53,102 nt of DNA from a virus. Taxonomy: Duplodnaviria; Heunggongvirae; Uroviricota; Caudoviricetes. Made by a program: the position numbers and the translations under genes. Every line of letters begins with the position of its first letter. The first letter of the stretch is position 1. The notes under the pieces were generated by a model. It was not told where the DNA came from. It made no database searches and saw nothing but the letters and a program-made list of their open reading frames with translations. The stretch is taken from positions 1-53,102 of IMG/VR virus record IMGVR_UViG_3300032330_001391. One strand, written 5' to 3'. This document shows positions 20,086 through 29,450 of this stretch, piece after piece.

Positions 20086-20883
20086 TTATTTTAATAAACT
20101 TATTAATCTATCTTGTGCTTTTTCTAATTCTTTTTTAGCTTTAGTTTTTTCTTTAAGTGCGTCTTTTAATTTTTCTTTTTCTTCTCCTTCAGCTTGTTTA
20201 TATTTTCCTACTATTTCTTTCATTTCTTTTTCTATAGCAGTTAATTCATCTTCTAACTTTTGAAGTCTAACTGAACTTTTATTTGTTTTTGCTGCTGTTT
20301 GAGCTCGTTCATCTTTTTCCTTTTCATTACTTTTTTCTTTAGATGTTGATGTTTTAGGAGTTGATGCTTTAGGTTCTTTAGGTTCTTTAGGTGTTGATGT
20401 TTTAGGTTCTTTAGGTAATTTTTCTCTACCAGCTTCAAGATATGCTGCAAAATCTCCATCTTCTTTTTCAAGAGCAGCTCGAGTAGCTGGGTTATTCCAT
20501 GTAGCTGTATCTTTATTTGTTTGTTTAGCTAATACTTTAATATCTACTTCATTTTCTTTTTCTAAAGCGGATAATAATTGATCTAAGGCATTTTTACCAT
20601 ATTTTTCACCTCTATTTTCTTTATACTTATCTAATGCTTTTTTAAAGCCTTCTTTATCTTTTACTTTATAAAAAGATGCCATTTCATTAAGTGAAATTTC
20701 AGCTACACCAATTGATGTTTGTGTTTTTCTAGCTTGAGATATAGCGTCTTTAACGGTGTCTAAACCAGTTCGTTCAGTTCTAGCTATACTTGGTGCTTCT
20801 GATGGGTCTGTTTTAGAGCCAACCATAGTTAATTCTGAAATTATCATTTCTTTGATAAGTTGTTTAAGTTGAGATTTTTTCAT
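20086..20883 (-). CDS. Hypothetical charged protein with MKKSQLKQLIKE leader and PKEPK low-complexity linker
   Basis: ORF translation; internal IISE and LNE sites. Confidence 0.6.
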   Translation of the reverse strand: MKKSQLKQLIKEMIISELTMVGSKTDPSEAPSIARTERTGLDTVKDAISQARKTQTSIGVAEISLNEMASFYKVKDKEGFKKALDKYKENRGEKYGKNALDQLLSALEKENEVDIKVLAKQTNKDTATWNNPATRAALEKEDGDFAAYLEAGREKLPKEPKTSTPKEPKEPKASTPKTSTSKEKSNEKEKDERAQTAAKTNKSSVRLQKLEDELTAIEKEMKEIVGKYKQAEGEEKEKLKDALKEKTKAKKELEKAQDRLISLLK

Positions 20884-20913
20884 GTTTGTATTTTTATAAT
20901 AAATATTGTATTT

Positions 20914-22188
20914 TTAATCTAAATAATCATCTACTAATTTTTTCATAACTCTTGCTACATTTGAATTAACATCATATCTATCTCGAAAATAAGATACGTC
21001 TTGATCTATATCATTGTTGTGGCTATATTGTTCCCCATCTTCAATTGTAAAATTTCTTACAAAATAATTAAATCCCCAATTGTTTTCCAAATCATCATGG
21101 ATTTTATTCCACTCTTCTTTAGAATATTTTTTAAAATCATCATAATATATGTCATTAGGATCTATTTCATCATAAGAATGAAATAAAGCCCATTCCCATA
21201 TTTCATAATCCGAATTATATAAATCTGGGTAGTCTATGAATTTGGCTAGATAGTTTATTAATTTACCTTCATTTTCATAACTTACATCTAATTTTAATAA
21301 AGAAGCAATACCAGGATCATTAACTCGCATTTCATTTACAGATCGATTAGAATAATTAATTATATATTTTTTAATATCATTTAAATTTAATATAATCATA
21401 ACCCAAACAAATGTTCCTCCACCTTCACTGTCTGTATAAAACTCTAATATTGGAATTTCATATTGTTTAAGTTTAGATATAAAAGATCTTAATCCATTTA
21501 TGTTAAAATCAGGATTCTCAGATTCAATAGCATCCATAATATTTTCATCACTATATCCAGCCATTATTTCAGGTTCATTATATATAGGAATAGTGAACAT
21601 TAATTCTTTATCTTCATCCAATATATTACCATAATATTCAACGTTATTTTTCTTATCAATGTATATTATTTCATCTTCATTTTCTTTTTTAAAAATAAGA
21701 GAAGAAGGTTCATTAACTCGCATTTCATTAATATCAGATTTTTGATCTTTGATCTTTTTTAAAAAATCTTCAACAGCATACTGATAAAGTTTTTGATCGT
21801 CCTTTACTTCTTTAAGTGCTTTTATATACTTGGGATCATTTATATTTATAATATTTTTATTATTAACTGCGTGCTTTAACATGAGTTCATGACCTAAACG
21901 ATTAGCATACCAGTTAAAATCTCTTTCATCATCAATAAGATCACCTAATGTACCTTTATAACCAATTTGTTTAGCGATATCAAATGCTAAAACATTTGCC
22001 ATTTCACCATCATAAAATTCACTCCAAAAATCCTCAGGATCGTCGGGTATTATATAATCATCCCAATATTCATCTAAGATATCTTTATAAAGATTATAAT
22101 TAGTCCAACGATATTTATTTGGTTCATTAACTCGCATTTCTGTTATAGGGATACCAGCCAATTTTTGCATGCGATAAAATTCACTCAT
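20914..22188 (-). CDS. Modular polyprotein: RMQKLAGI leader plus three EMRVN(E/D)P-delimited acidic domains
   Basis: Motif at 22121-22140, 21707-21729 and 21314-21336. Confidence 0.75.
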   Translation of the reverse strand: MSEFYRMQKLAGIPITEMRVNEPNKYRWTNYNLYKDILDEYWDDYIIPDDPEDFWSEFYDGEMANVLAFDIAKQIGYKGTLGDLIDDERDFNWYANRLGHELMLKHAVNNKNIININDPKYIKALKEVKDDQKLYQYAVEDFLKKIKDQKSDINEMRVNEPSSLIFKKENEDEIIYIDKKNNVEYYGNILDEDKELMFTIPIYNEPEIMAGYSDENIMDAIESENPDFNINGLRSFISKLKQYEIPILEFYTDSEGGGTFVWVMIILNLNDIKKYIINYSNRSVNEMRVNDPGIASLLKLDVSYENEGKLINYLAKFIDYPDLYNSDYEIWEWALFHSYDEIDPNDIYYDDFKKYSKEEWNKIHDDLENNWGFNYFVRNFTIEDGEQYSHNNDIDQDVSYFRDRYDVNSNVARVMKKLVDDYLD

Positions 22189-22210
22189 GAATGTTAATTT
22201 AATATAAATA

Positions 22211-22735
22211 TTATGAAAATAATACTTCTTTAATTGTTTGAATACGTTCTTTAGTAGTACCTTTAATTTCTACTAAACGTTTAGGTGGATATTCTTTCAA
22301 CATTTCTTTAATAGTAAAATCAATTTTATCACGATAATTACTGTCTATAGTACGTATACCATTATCTTCAATATTTACACCTTCAGGTGAAACATAAAAT
22401 ATAACATCATAATCATTACGTAGATGCATCATCAAATTAACAAATTTCTCTTTAACATTCCATTCAATTGAATTAGCACTTAACGTAAATGCGCATACAT
22501 CATATATAGTTCTATCTGTAATAATATTTTCTTTCATTAATTCAACAGAACGTTCAGCAGCAAATACTATTTGTCCTTTTAATGTTGAATCTGTATTTAA
22601 TGTTATGCCTTGATCTCGTAAATATTTACTACGTTCAGTAGCAAATTCATAATCTTCAAATTCAGGTAATTCCATTAATGCTTTAACTAAAGTAGTTTTA
22701 CCACACGATACTGTTCCACAAAAACCTATTTTCAT
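22211..22735 (-). CDS. P-loop NTPase, NadR/AAA_28 (nucleotide-kinase-like) type
   Basis: N-terminal GTVSCGKTT; ITDRTIYD; YDVIFY; EDNGIR motifs. Confidence 0.7.
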   Translation of the reverse strand: MKIGFCGTVSCGKTTLVKALMELPEFEDYEFATERSKYLRDQGITLNTDSTLKGQIVFAAERSVELMKENIITDRTIYDVCAFTLSANSIEWNVKEKFVNLMMHLRNDYDVIFYVSPEGVNIEDNGIRTIDSNYRDKIDFTIKEMLKEYPPKRLVEIKGTTKERIQTIKEVLFS

Positions 22736-22746
22736 ATTATTTTATT

Positions 22747-22992
22747 TTATGCTCTTGTTCCTGATTGTTTACCTGCTGCTGTTTTATGAAATGGTACTCC
22801 TTCACCATCTTTTTTAATATTTTCCCACTGTTCTTTAGTTTTTTTAATACCCCAAACATAATACTCTGCTTTACGTTTATCACCTTGTGGTATTAAGGCA
22901 GGACCATCATAGTTATGAGTTACAGCCTTACCTTCAATGATAGTGTAATATACAATAGTACCGTCTGCTTGTTTTAAATGTTTTGTCTGCAT
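22747..22992 (-). CDS. Small hypothetical protein
   Basis: 81-aa ORF (THNYDGPALIP..AEYYVWGI) preceded by a promoter. Confidence 0.55.
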   Translation of the reverse strand: MQTKHLKQADGTIVYYTIIEGKAVTHNYDGPALIPQGDKRKAEYYVWGIKKTKEQWENIKKDGEGVPFHKTAAGKQSGTRA

Positions 22993-23010
22993 ATTCTTTT
23001 TATTTTTTAT

Positions 23011-23042
23011 TAAATATACTAAAGAATTTTTAAAAAACCAAA
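23011..23042 (-). promoter_or_regulatory. Bacteroidota-type promoter
   Basis: TTTG-N20-TATATTTA. Confidence 0.65.
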
Positions 23043-23104
23043 TTTTTTAATTTAAAAATTTTCTATAAAATCTGGGTATTCTTCGTTAGGATCTTGATAC
23101 ATAA

Positions 23105-24388
23105 TTAGTTTTGTAATAAATATTCAGCAACATATATTCCGTGTGCTCCTGATACAGTAATTCCACGAGCGCTTAATGCGTCTCCAACAAAATGTACATT
23201 TTGATATTTAGTAAGACTTAAATCCTCATAATTTACAAGAGGTTCGGGACTTAAATATTTGCACTCGGGTATATATACGCCCCAATCATCACCAAATTCG
23301 AATACTTTATTCATATCATTGATGAAATTTTCAATATAAGTAAAATATTTACCCATTACTTCTCTTACCGATGTTAAATCATATATTTTTGTTGTGTTGA
23401 TTAATTCATGTTCTGACGTTTTAGATGGATTTCTTTTTGGACTGTAATATAAACCAGTACCACTAATTTGTAATTTACTTACTACATCTCTACTCCATTT
23501 AAACGGATCTTCAATACCTTTAATTTCCATCAATATGCCAAAATTAGTCATATCATTTCTAAATTCCTCACCTTTCTTAGCATGACCATTGTATGTAATA
23601 TCACCATATGTTTCTTCTACAGCAACATAAGCGGCATTATTGTTAGTACAGAATGAACGTAAAGACACGTTATCAAATTTCTGATATAATTTGAAATCAT
23701 ATGATACATCAATTAGTTTCTGAAAATATTTTTGTGGTGCCTCGTAACGTACTCCAATTTGTACTGATTTTGGTTCAGTTGGTAATTTATATCTGTCTGA
23801 TAATGATTGGGCAAAATCAATACCTGATTTGCCTACTGCAAAAATAAGTTTATCATACGTAAAATTTTTATTATCAGTATGAATTGTATTTTGATAAAAT
23901 AAAATATTTTTAACTTCTGTATTCCATTCAAATTGTACACCTTTATCAACTAAATACTGATACCAATTTTTAGCGATCTCGTGCAAGAAATTGGATCCAA
24001 TGTGCCATACAGGAAATAAACGTAATCCAAAGTATGGTTTAATAAAGTCTGGTTCAGTTACAGGATCAGAACAAAATATTTCTTCTGGTTTAGGATGGAA
24101 GCGTCTAAAGTTATTAATAACTTGATCCATTAATTCCATTGCTTTATCCTCACCACAATATTTAGATAACTGACCTCCTATTGCTGTATGGTATGTGAGT
24201 TTACCATCACTCCATGCGCCCGCACCGGCAAAACCACACATTACTTCTTCAGGTTGTCTTTCATATGGGTCCCTTCCCTTATCAATAATAGTAATCAACT
24301 CACCTGGGTAGCCGTTATCTACTAATTTAGTCGCCGCGTTTATACCGGCCACTCCGCTTCCTACAATTACAATTTTTTTCTTTTTCAT
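23105..24388 (-). CDS. FAD/NAD(P)-dependent oxidoreductase
   Basis: VIVGSGVAG dinucleotide-binding motif, GFAGAGAWSDGK, FAVGKSG, SFCTN and VHFVGDA..RGI...GAHG motifs. Confidence 0.85.
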   Translation of the reverse strand: MKKKKIVIVGSGVAGINAATKLVDNGYPGELITIIDKGRDPYERQPEEVMCGFAGAGAWSDGKLTYHTAIGGQLSKYCGEDKAMELMDQVINNFRRFHPKPEEIFCSDPVTEPDFIKPYFGLRLFPVWHIGSNFLHEIAKNWYQYLVDKGVQFEWNTEVKNILFYQNTIHTDNKNFTYDKLIFAVGKSGIDFAQSLSDRYKLPTEPKSVQIGVRYEAPQKYFQKLIDVSYDFKLYQKFDNVSLRSFCTNNNAAYVAVEETYGDITYNGHAKKGEEFRNDMTNFGILMEIKGIEDPFKWSRDVVSKLQISGTGLYYSPKRNPSKTSEHELINTTKIYDLTSVREVMGKYFTYIENFINDMNKVFEFGDDWGVYIPECKYLSPEPLVNYEDLSLTKYQNVHFVGDALSARGITVSGAHGIYVAEYLLQN

Positions 24389-24393
24389 ATTAT

Positions 24394-24425
24394 TAAATAT
24401 ACTAAATTTTATTTAAAAAGCCAAA
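24394..24425 (-). promoter_or_regulatory. Bacteroidota-type promoter
   Basis: TTTG-N20-TATATTTA. Confidence 0.65.
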
Positions 24426-24461
24426 TAAAAAGTGGCGTCTCCTTTTTTTAGGTGACGCCAC
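24426..24461 (-). terminator. Intrinsic terminator
   Basis: gtggcgtc/gacgccac stem followed on the minus strand by a T-rich tract. Confidence 0.65.
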
Positions 24462-24528
24462 AACTGTCATATTTTATTTATTAAAGCAACCGGCTATGAA
24501 TCGGTCTGTATGTTGTATTATTTTTATT

Positions 24529-24972
24529 TTAAAAACCTAATTGCTTACCATATTTTTTTAACATGCTATCATAGTATCTAATTTTTTTATTATAAAAATT
24601 CGCATCATCTAAAAGACCCATATCTTGACCATACTGGAGGTAAAATTGAGCTGCTAAAGCATTGCAATACAAATTAAAAGTTTCATTACTCATTACAAGA
24701 TTATCAAAATTACCTTTAAAACCAGCTCGTTTAGCAATATCAAATGCTAGATCATTTACTAAACTAAAATCATCAAGTTCTAACATAAATTCTTCAGGAG
24801 AATTAATCCCATATGCTTCAAATAAATCTTCTAACACAGATTCATATCCTTCATAATCTTGCCAATCTGGGGAAAGTGAGTCTATAGCGTTGAATTTTTG
24901 ATTGTTTTTAGACGCGCTGATAGCTTTATTAATCTCTTCGCGAATTAATTTTCTAAGTTCAAATTTTTTCAT
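24529..24972 (-). CDS. Hypothetical acidic protein with MKKFELRKLIREEI leader
   Basis: ORF; LAFDIAKRAGFKG matches domain 1 of ORF 20914-22188. Confidence 0.7.
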   Translation of the reverse strand: MKKFELRKLIREEINKAISASKNNQKFNAIDSLSPDWQDYEGYESVLEDLFEAYGINSPEEFMLELDDFSLVNDLAFDIAKRAGFKGNFDNLVMSNETFNLYCNALAAQFYLQYGQDMGLLDDANFYNKKIRYYDSMLKKYGKQLGF

Positions 24973-25030
24973 TGTTTAATTTTTGATTGTTTAATATAAA
25001 TATGTAAAAGAAGAGAAAAATACAATTAAT
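24966..25030. repeat. 65-bp perfect direct repeat, copy 1
   Basis: Identical to 25306-25370; contains the TATTTATA motif, the leader and the start codon. Confidence 0.95.
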
Positions 25031-25036
25031 TTTTCA

Positions 25037-25312
25037 TTACTTACCAAACTTTTTTTTACCATACTGTAGTAACATTCGGTGAGCTTTTGAGTAACTATCT
25101 TTTGAAGCTTTTCCCATAGCACTACCTTCTATTTTTTCAGCCACAGTATCAACTAAATCTGAGTATGTTATTTCATCTTTAAGTGATTCCATGTCTGTGA
25201 CTCCATGGGTCTTTAATATTTTTTCAAGGTCTGAAGACGATAATTCTTGATTTTCATTAATTACTTTACGAATTTCTTCTTTAATGAGTTGTCTTAATTC
25301 AAATCTTTTCAT
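25037..25312 (-). CDS. Hypothetical protein with MKRFELRQLIKEEI leader
   Basis: ORF; leader near-identical to that of 24529-24972. Confidence 0.7.
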   Translation of the reverse strand: MKRFELRQLIKEEIRKVINENQELSSSDLEKILKTHGVTDMESLKDEITYSDLVDTVAEKIEGSAMGKASKDSYSKAHRMLLQYGKKKFGK

Positions 25313-25370
25313 TGTTTAATTTTTGATTGTTTAATATAAATATGTAAAAGAAGAGAAAAATACAATTAAT
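25306..25370. repeat. 65-bp perfect direct repeat, copy 2
   Basis: Identical to 24966-25030, offset 340 bp. Confidence 0.95.
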
Positions 25371-25372
25371 CT

Positions 25373-25714
25373 TTATATTATCTCTACTCCTAAGTTTTCA
25401 AGAGCTGTTTCTAAATCACGAACATAAGAATAATTTAAACGATCAATTTGTTTAGCATATGGTCCTTTTTCATAAAAAAGAAAATCATATGAATTTTCAA
25501 GATTTATACCATACGCTTTAAGGGCAAGTTGTAGCAAAGATAACCATTCATCTGTTCCTGTTTCTACCGTACCATCATCTATTACTTCTGGGTATTCTTT
25601 TTGAATTAGTGCTTTTATTTGTGTAGCTTTATCAGGTGACTTAACTTGCATTTCATTAATGCCAGCTAATTTTTGCATGCGTTTAAATTCCTCGCTTAAT
25701 ATTTGTTTTTTCAT
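25373..25714 (-). CDS. Hypothetical acidic protein with EEFKRMQKLAGINEMQVKSP leader
   Basis: ORF translation. Confidence 0.7.
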   Translation of the reverse strand: MKKQILSEEFKRMQKLAGINEMQVKSPDKATQIKALIQKEYPEVIDDGTVETGTDEWLSLLQLALKAYGINLENSYDFLFYEKGPYAKQIDRLNYSYVRDLETALENLGVEII

Positions 25715-25737
25715 GCTTGTTTTTTGGTATAAATATG

Positions 25738-25983
25738 TTAGTTTTCTAATTCTTGCACATACATTAAGAAATCCTCATATATATTTTTAGTGTTTCCATC
25801 GGCTTTATTCATAGTTTCATTGAGCATTGAACTGATATCTCGTTTAGATTCAGTTAGTAAATTACCAAACATGGATAATGTTTGTTCAGCGAGTAAATAT
25901 TCTTTTTGGTTACCACCATAATCATCAAGATCATTGAGATAAAGCCTAATATACTCGTTTAACTGTTGTTTTGATAGTTTCAT
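25738..25983 (-). CDS. Small hypothetical protein (MKLSKQQLNE...)
   Basis: ORF; probable start at 25983. Confidence 0.55.
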   Translation of the reverse strand: MKLSKQQLNEYIRLYLNDLDDYGGNQKEYLLAEQTLSMFGNLLTESKRDISSMLNETMNKADGNTKNIYEDFLMYVQELEN

Positions 25984-26446
25984 ATATAATACTTTTAACA
26001 CGTTTTAATACTTCTTTAATTTTTTGCACTTGGGAATTTAACCATTTAAGACGTTGACCAAAACGTTTACCTTCCATAGGTGCTTCCATATGTTCTTCGG
26101 GAATATATTTCATAAGCGGTTTCATATACTCAGAACCAGTTAGCATGACGAATGTGTCTTTTTCTGGATTGATTCCTTGTTGTTTCATTTGATTATAAAC
26201 AGTTTCACCCCATTTTTCTTTTTCTTTTTTAGGCATTTCTTTGAGAGTTTTATCGTATGGTTTTAATACTTTAGTAAGAGGTACTAAATAGTGTTTAGCA
26301 GATAAGATGTACATCTTATCTGGGTGGAGTGCTTTACCGTATTCCAATGTTTTTTTAAACATAGGTGATGCTGAGTATAGATCCTGTGCTTGGGCTGGTT
26401 TATCTAATTTAGATTTGGTACAACTCAGTAATACTATTTTAGCCAT
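25946..26446 (-). CDS. Hypothetical protein, DUF6884-like
   Basis: IVLLSCTKSK, AQDLYSAS, ILSAKHYL, PYDKTL and LTGSEY motifs recalled from that family. Confidence 0.5.
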   Translation of the reverse strand: MAKIVLLSCTKSKLDKPAQAQDLYSASPMFKKTLEYGKALHPDKMYILSAKHYLVPLTKVLKPYDKTLKEMPKKEKEKWGETVYNQMKQQGINPEKDTFVMLTGSEYMKPLMKYIPEEHMEAPMEGKRFGQRLKWLNSQVQKIKEVLKRVKSIIYETIKTTVKRVY

Positions 26447-26461
26447 ATTTTATTATAAATA

Positions 26462-27133
26462 TTATGGAAAAAGTGCTATTGCCTCTGATGATACTGGTAA
26501 ACCAAGAGAACTATGTGTTATTTTAATATATTCTTTATCGTAAACTGTTTTTATACCTTTAGTTATAGTAAAATACTTATCCCAATTTATTTTTTGTAAA
26601 TCAGCAAAATGTTTATATTGTTTACCTACCCTAACATCATATGCATATTTAGACTTATGAGATAATATTACTGAAGGGTGAGTAAGTTTCATTGTATAAC
26701 CATCGTAATTAACATGAACCACATCTTTTGGTTTTAAGTATTGACTATTAAACAAATCAATACTGTATTCTAATTTATCATCCTTATGTTTTTCTAACTG
26801 TATAAGTTCTTTATTAGTAAAATGTGGTATAGATTTAACTTTAGCGTATGCTAAATCAGGATTATCCTTTTCTGTTACCATATCATAATCTTCACTATCG
26901 GTAATTTTTACATTTAGTTGAAAAAAATCATGTAATATCCTTAAATCTTCTTCAATTAGTGTCTCTTTTAAACCTATGTCTATATCAGGAACACGTTCTG
27001 TAAAATTATATTCTATTATATCCATAATGTATAAAGATAAACTACCAGCTAATATAAATTTATCGTTAATATTAAGCATAGGTATAATAATATCCTCATA
27101 TTTTTGCGGAAGTTTGTTTATTTTGTATTCCAT
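26462..27133 (-). CDS. Nucleotidyltransferase-fold (pol-beta superfamily) protein
   Basis: LAGSLSL (hG[GS]) followed by PDIDI (DxD), and a later IDLF. Confidence 0.6.
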   Translation of the reverse strand: MEYKINKLPQKYEDIIIPMLNINDKFILAGSLSLYIMDIIEYNFTERVPDIDIGLKETLIEEDLRILHDFFQLNVKITDSEDYDMVTEKDNPDLAYAKVKSIPHFTNKELIQLEKHKDDKLEYSIDLFNSQYLKPKDVVHVNYDGYTMKLTHPSVILSHKSKYAYDVRVGKQYKHFADLQKINWDKYFTITKGIKTVYDKEYIKITHSSLGLPVSSEAIALFP

Positions 27134-28326
27134 TATCTGTTAATTCTAATTTTAGCGCCTGGTAAATCTTGGTTAATATCATATCCTGAGCAGTGTACCC
27201 ATAATATAGGTTTAATAGGATTTGTTTTAGGAGCAGGAGCACATCCATCAGTTAGATAAATTAGGTTAGCATATTTATCTTTATTTTCCATTAAGTATTG
27301 CATAACTGGTTCAAAATCAGTACCGCCTCTACCTTTTACTTCAATATTTTCCCTTTCACCTTTATAGTTGTAGACACGTTGTATAATAGCATCACATTCT
27401 ACTATATCAACATAAGTACCTGTTTTATATATGTGATAAATTTCATTAAAAAATTCAATTAAATCTTTTTGACTAACACTACCAGATGTATCTATAGCTA
27501 CTAATGTTTTTTTCTTTTGTTTAATTTTTAATGCGGGGCCGCTTCCAAATCTACGATTTGGTTTACGTCTTGTTTTTTTAGTGTATACTATACTAGACAT
27601 ACTATTAAAACGTCGTAAATAAGATGTCCAATCAATAACTGGTTCAATTACTTCAAATAAACTATCAATATAGTCTTGCATTTCTGTTGGTATTAATCCT
27701 CTGCCACGATTTTTTAGTTCATTAGCTACTTCTTTTAATTGATAATCTATTTGTTTAGCTATTAAATTACGTTCAGCTTCACCTAATCCTTCCATTGCCT
27801 TCCATAATTCATGTAAATCACCCATACCCTCACCATTACCCATCCCTTCCATCATTTTAGCTAAATCTCCATCAGGATTTTCATCCATTTCTTTTTGAAG
27901 AGTATCATAATAGTATTTAGTTCCTTGCTTTTCTAATAAATTTAATTCTTTAAATGGTGATTGATTAATTTCTAATCCTTCCCATTTATCTCCTTTCATA
28001 TCTTCATTAATATATTGATTAATTTCTAGATCAGCTGCTATATTATATAACTGTTTATCTGGGAATCTGTCAAAATTATTTAAATGAAAAAAAGCAATAT
28101 GTAATAATTCGTGTTTTAATACACCCATTTTTGTTTTTTCATCTAATAGTGTCCAATATTCAGGATTAACTACTAATTTAACATTAATATTTTCAGGAGT
28201 AACACACGCTGTTGATATGCTTGTGTTAAGTTCTTTATTAAGAGATATAAGAAATAAGCCATAAAACGGTTCTTTTAACATAAGCGTTTTAGAACATTTA
28301 GTAATCTCTTGGTAGATTTTTTCCAT
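27133..28326 (-). CDS. Zincin metallopeptidase plus vWA domain protein (DUF2201-like)
   Basis: LKHELLH (HExxH), NIAADLEIN, AIDTSGS (MIDAS), GRGGTDF and YLTDG motifs. Confidence 0.85.
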   Translation of the reverse strand: MEKIYQEITKCSKTLMLKEPFYGLFLISLNKELNTSISTACVTPENINVKLVVNPEYWTLLDEKTKMGVLKHELLHIAFFHLNNFDRFPDKQLYNIAADLEINQYINEDMKGDKWEGLEINQSPFKELNLLEKQGTKYYYDTLQKEMDENPDGDLAKMMEGMGNGEGMGDLHELWKAMEGLGEAERNLIAKQIDYQLKEVANELKNRGRGLIPTEMQDYIDSLFEVIEPVIDWTSYLRRFNSMSSIVYTKKTRRKPNRRFGSGPALKIKQKKKTLVAIDTSGSVSQKDLIEFFNEIYHIYKTGTYVDIVECDAIIQRVYNYKGERENIEVKGRGGTDFEPVMQYLMENKDKYANLIYLTDGCAPAPKTNPIKPILWVHCSGYDINQDLPGAKIRINR

Positions 28327-28336
28327 TTTTTTTGTT

Positions 28337-28368
28337 TAAATATACTAAATTAATCTAAGAAAGCCAAA
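28337..28368 (-). promoter_or_regulatory. Bacteroidota-type promoter
   Basis: TTTG-N20-TATATTTA. Confidence 0.6.
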
Positions 28369-29435
28369 TCAAAGGATTTAATTTGAAATTTATTACTTTT
28401 TAAAAGTTCATTAAGATTTTTTAATATAAATGTTTCAATAATTTGTTTATTTTCTGAGTGGTCTCTGTAATTTTTGTATAGGCCTTTAGCAAAATGTCTC
28501 CATTCACTTTTCCAAATAATGCCTCTACTTTTATAATAGCGGTCAATTACTTTAAAACTGTTCATAGAAGATGGAGTAATACCAGAACCATGATCAAAGA
28601 TATTTTGATACTTATTTAGTAATAAAGCTATAGTTAGAGCATTTGTTTCATCTAATTTAATATTAGACATCATTTCTATAGCTAATTTAACATTATCATT
28701 TTGACCACTACTAAGCATACCTTCTAATGTATTTAGATATTCATCGTCTATATCTAGACCATCCTCATTTAATTCTTCTAACAAGAATTCATCAAAAATT
28801 ATGTTAATATTAGGATTAGACTTAAGAAAATCTAATAATAATATAACATTTTCTATATTTTTTTCTCGATATAATGACTCATGATATAAATGTTCTATAT
28901 CAGCATTTTTTACATATTCTATTATATCTGAGCTAGATGATGTGTTTAATATTTCACTTGCTCCATCACGTGTATTTATAATTGAAAATGTTCTTTCAGG
29001 ATATGAAAGTCCCCAATCAGTTCGAGAATAATATTTTTCAAATAACCTACGAAGTAAATTAAAATTTTCATGATCATGATTTCTAATAATATCTTTCTTA
29101 TCCATATTCTTTAAAAATTTAAGAGTATTAGTAAGAAGAGTTTTATCAATAATAATTGAATCACAATATTCTTGACGAGATGTACGTTTTAATTTATTTT
29201 CAGTTATGTATTCTTTAAGTTTAAAACGTGGAATATTACTTAAAGTTCCAGTATATATTGTTTTACCAAAATTTAAATTTTTAGGTTGAGTTAATAATTT
29301 TTCAATTTGACTAATATAATCAAGTTTTTCTTGTTCATTTAAAATTACAGCTATTCCTGTATAATTTACTGTTCCGTAATTAGGGTATACATTAACAGAA
29401 TTAACGTATACTGACGTAGTATTCTTATATATCAT
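28350..29435 (-). CDS. Hypothetical protein between the MoxR and vWA genes
   Basis: Intact 361-aa ORF; no motif recognised. Confidence 0.6.
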   Translation of the reverse strand: MIYKNTTSVYVNSVNVYPNYGTVNYTGIAVILNEQEKLDYISQIEKLLTQPKNLNFGKTIYTGTLSNIPRFKLKEYITENKLKRTSRQEYCDSIIIDKTLLTNTLKFLKNMDKKDIIRNHDHENFNLLRRLFEKYYSRTDWGLSYPERTFSIINTRDGASEILNTSSSSDIIEYVKNADIEHLYHESLYREKNIENVILLLDFLKSNPNINIIFDEFLLEELNEDGLDIDDEYLNTLEGMLSSGQNDNVKLAIEMMSNIKLDETNALTIALLLNKYQNIFDHGSGITPSSMNSFKVIDRYYKSRGIIWKSEWRHFAKGLYKNYRDHSENKQIIETFILKNLNELLKSNKFQIKSFDLAFLD

Positions 29436-29450
29436 AAATTTAATTTTTTA

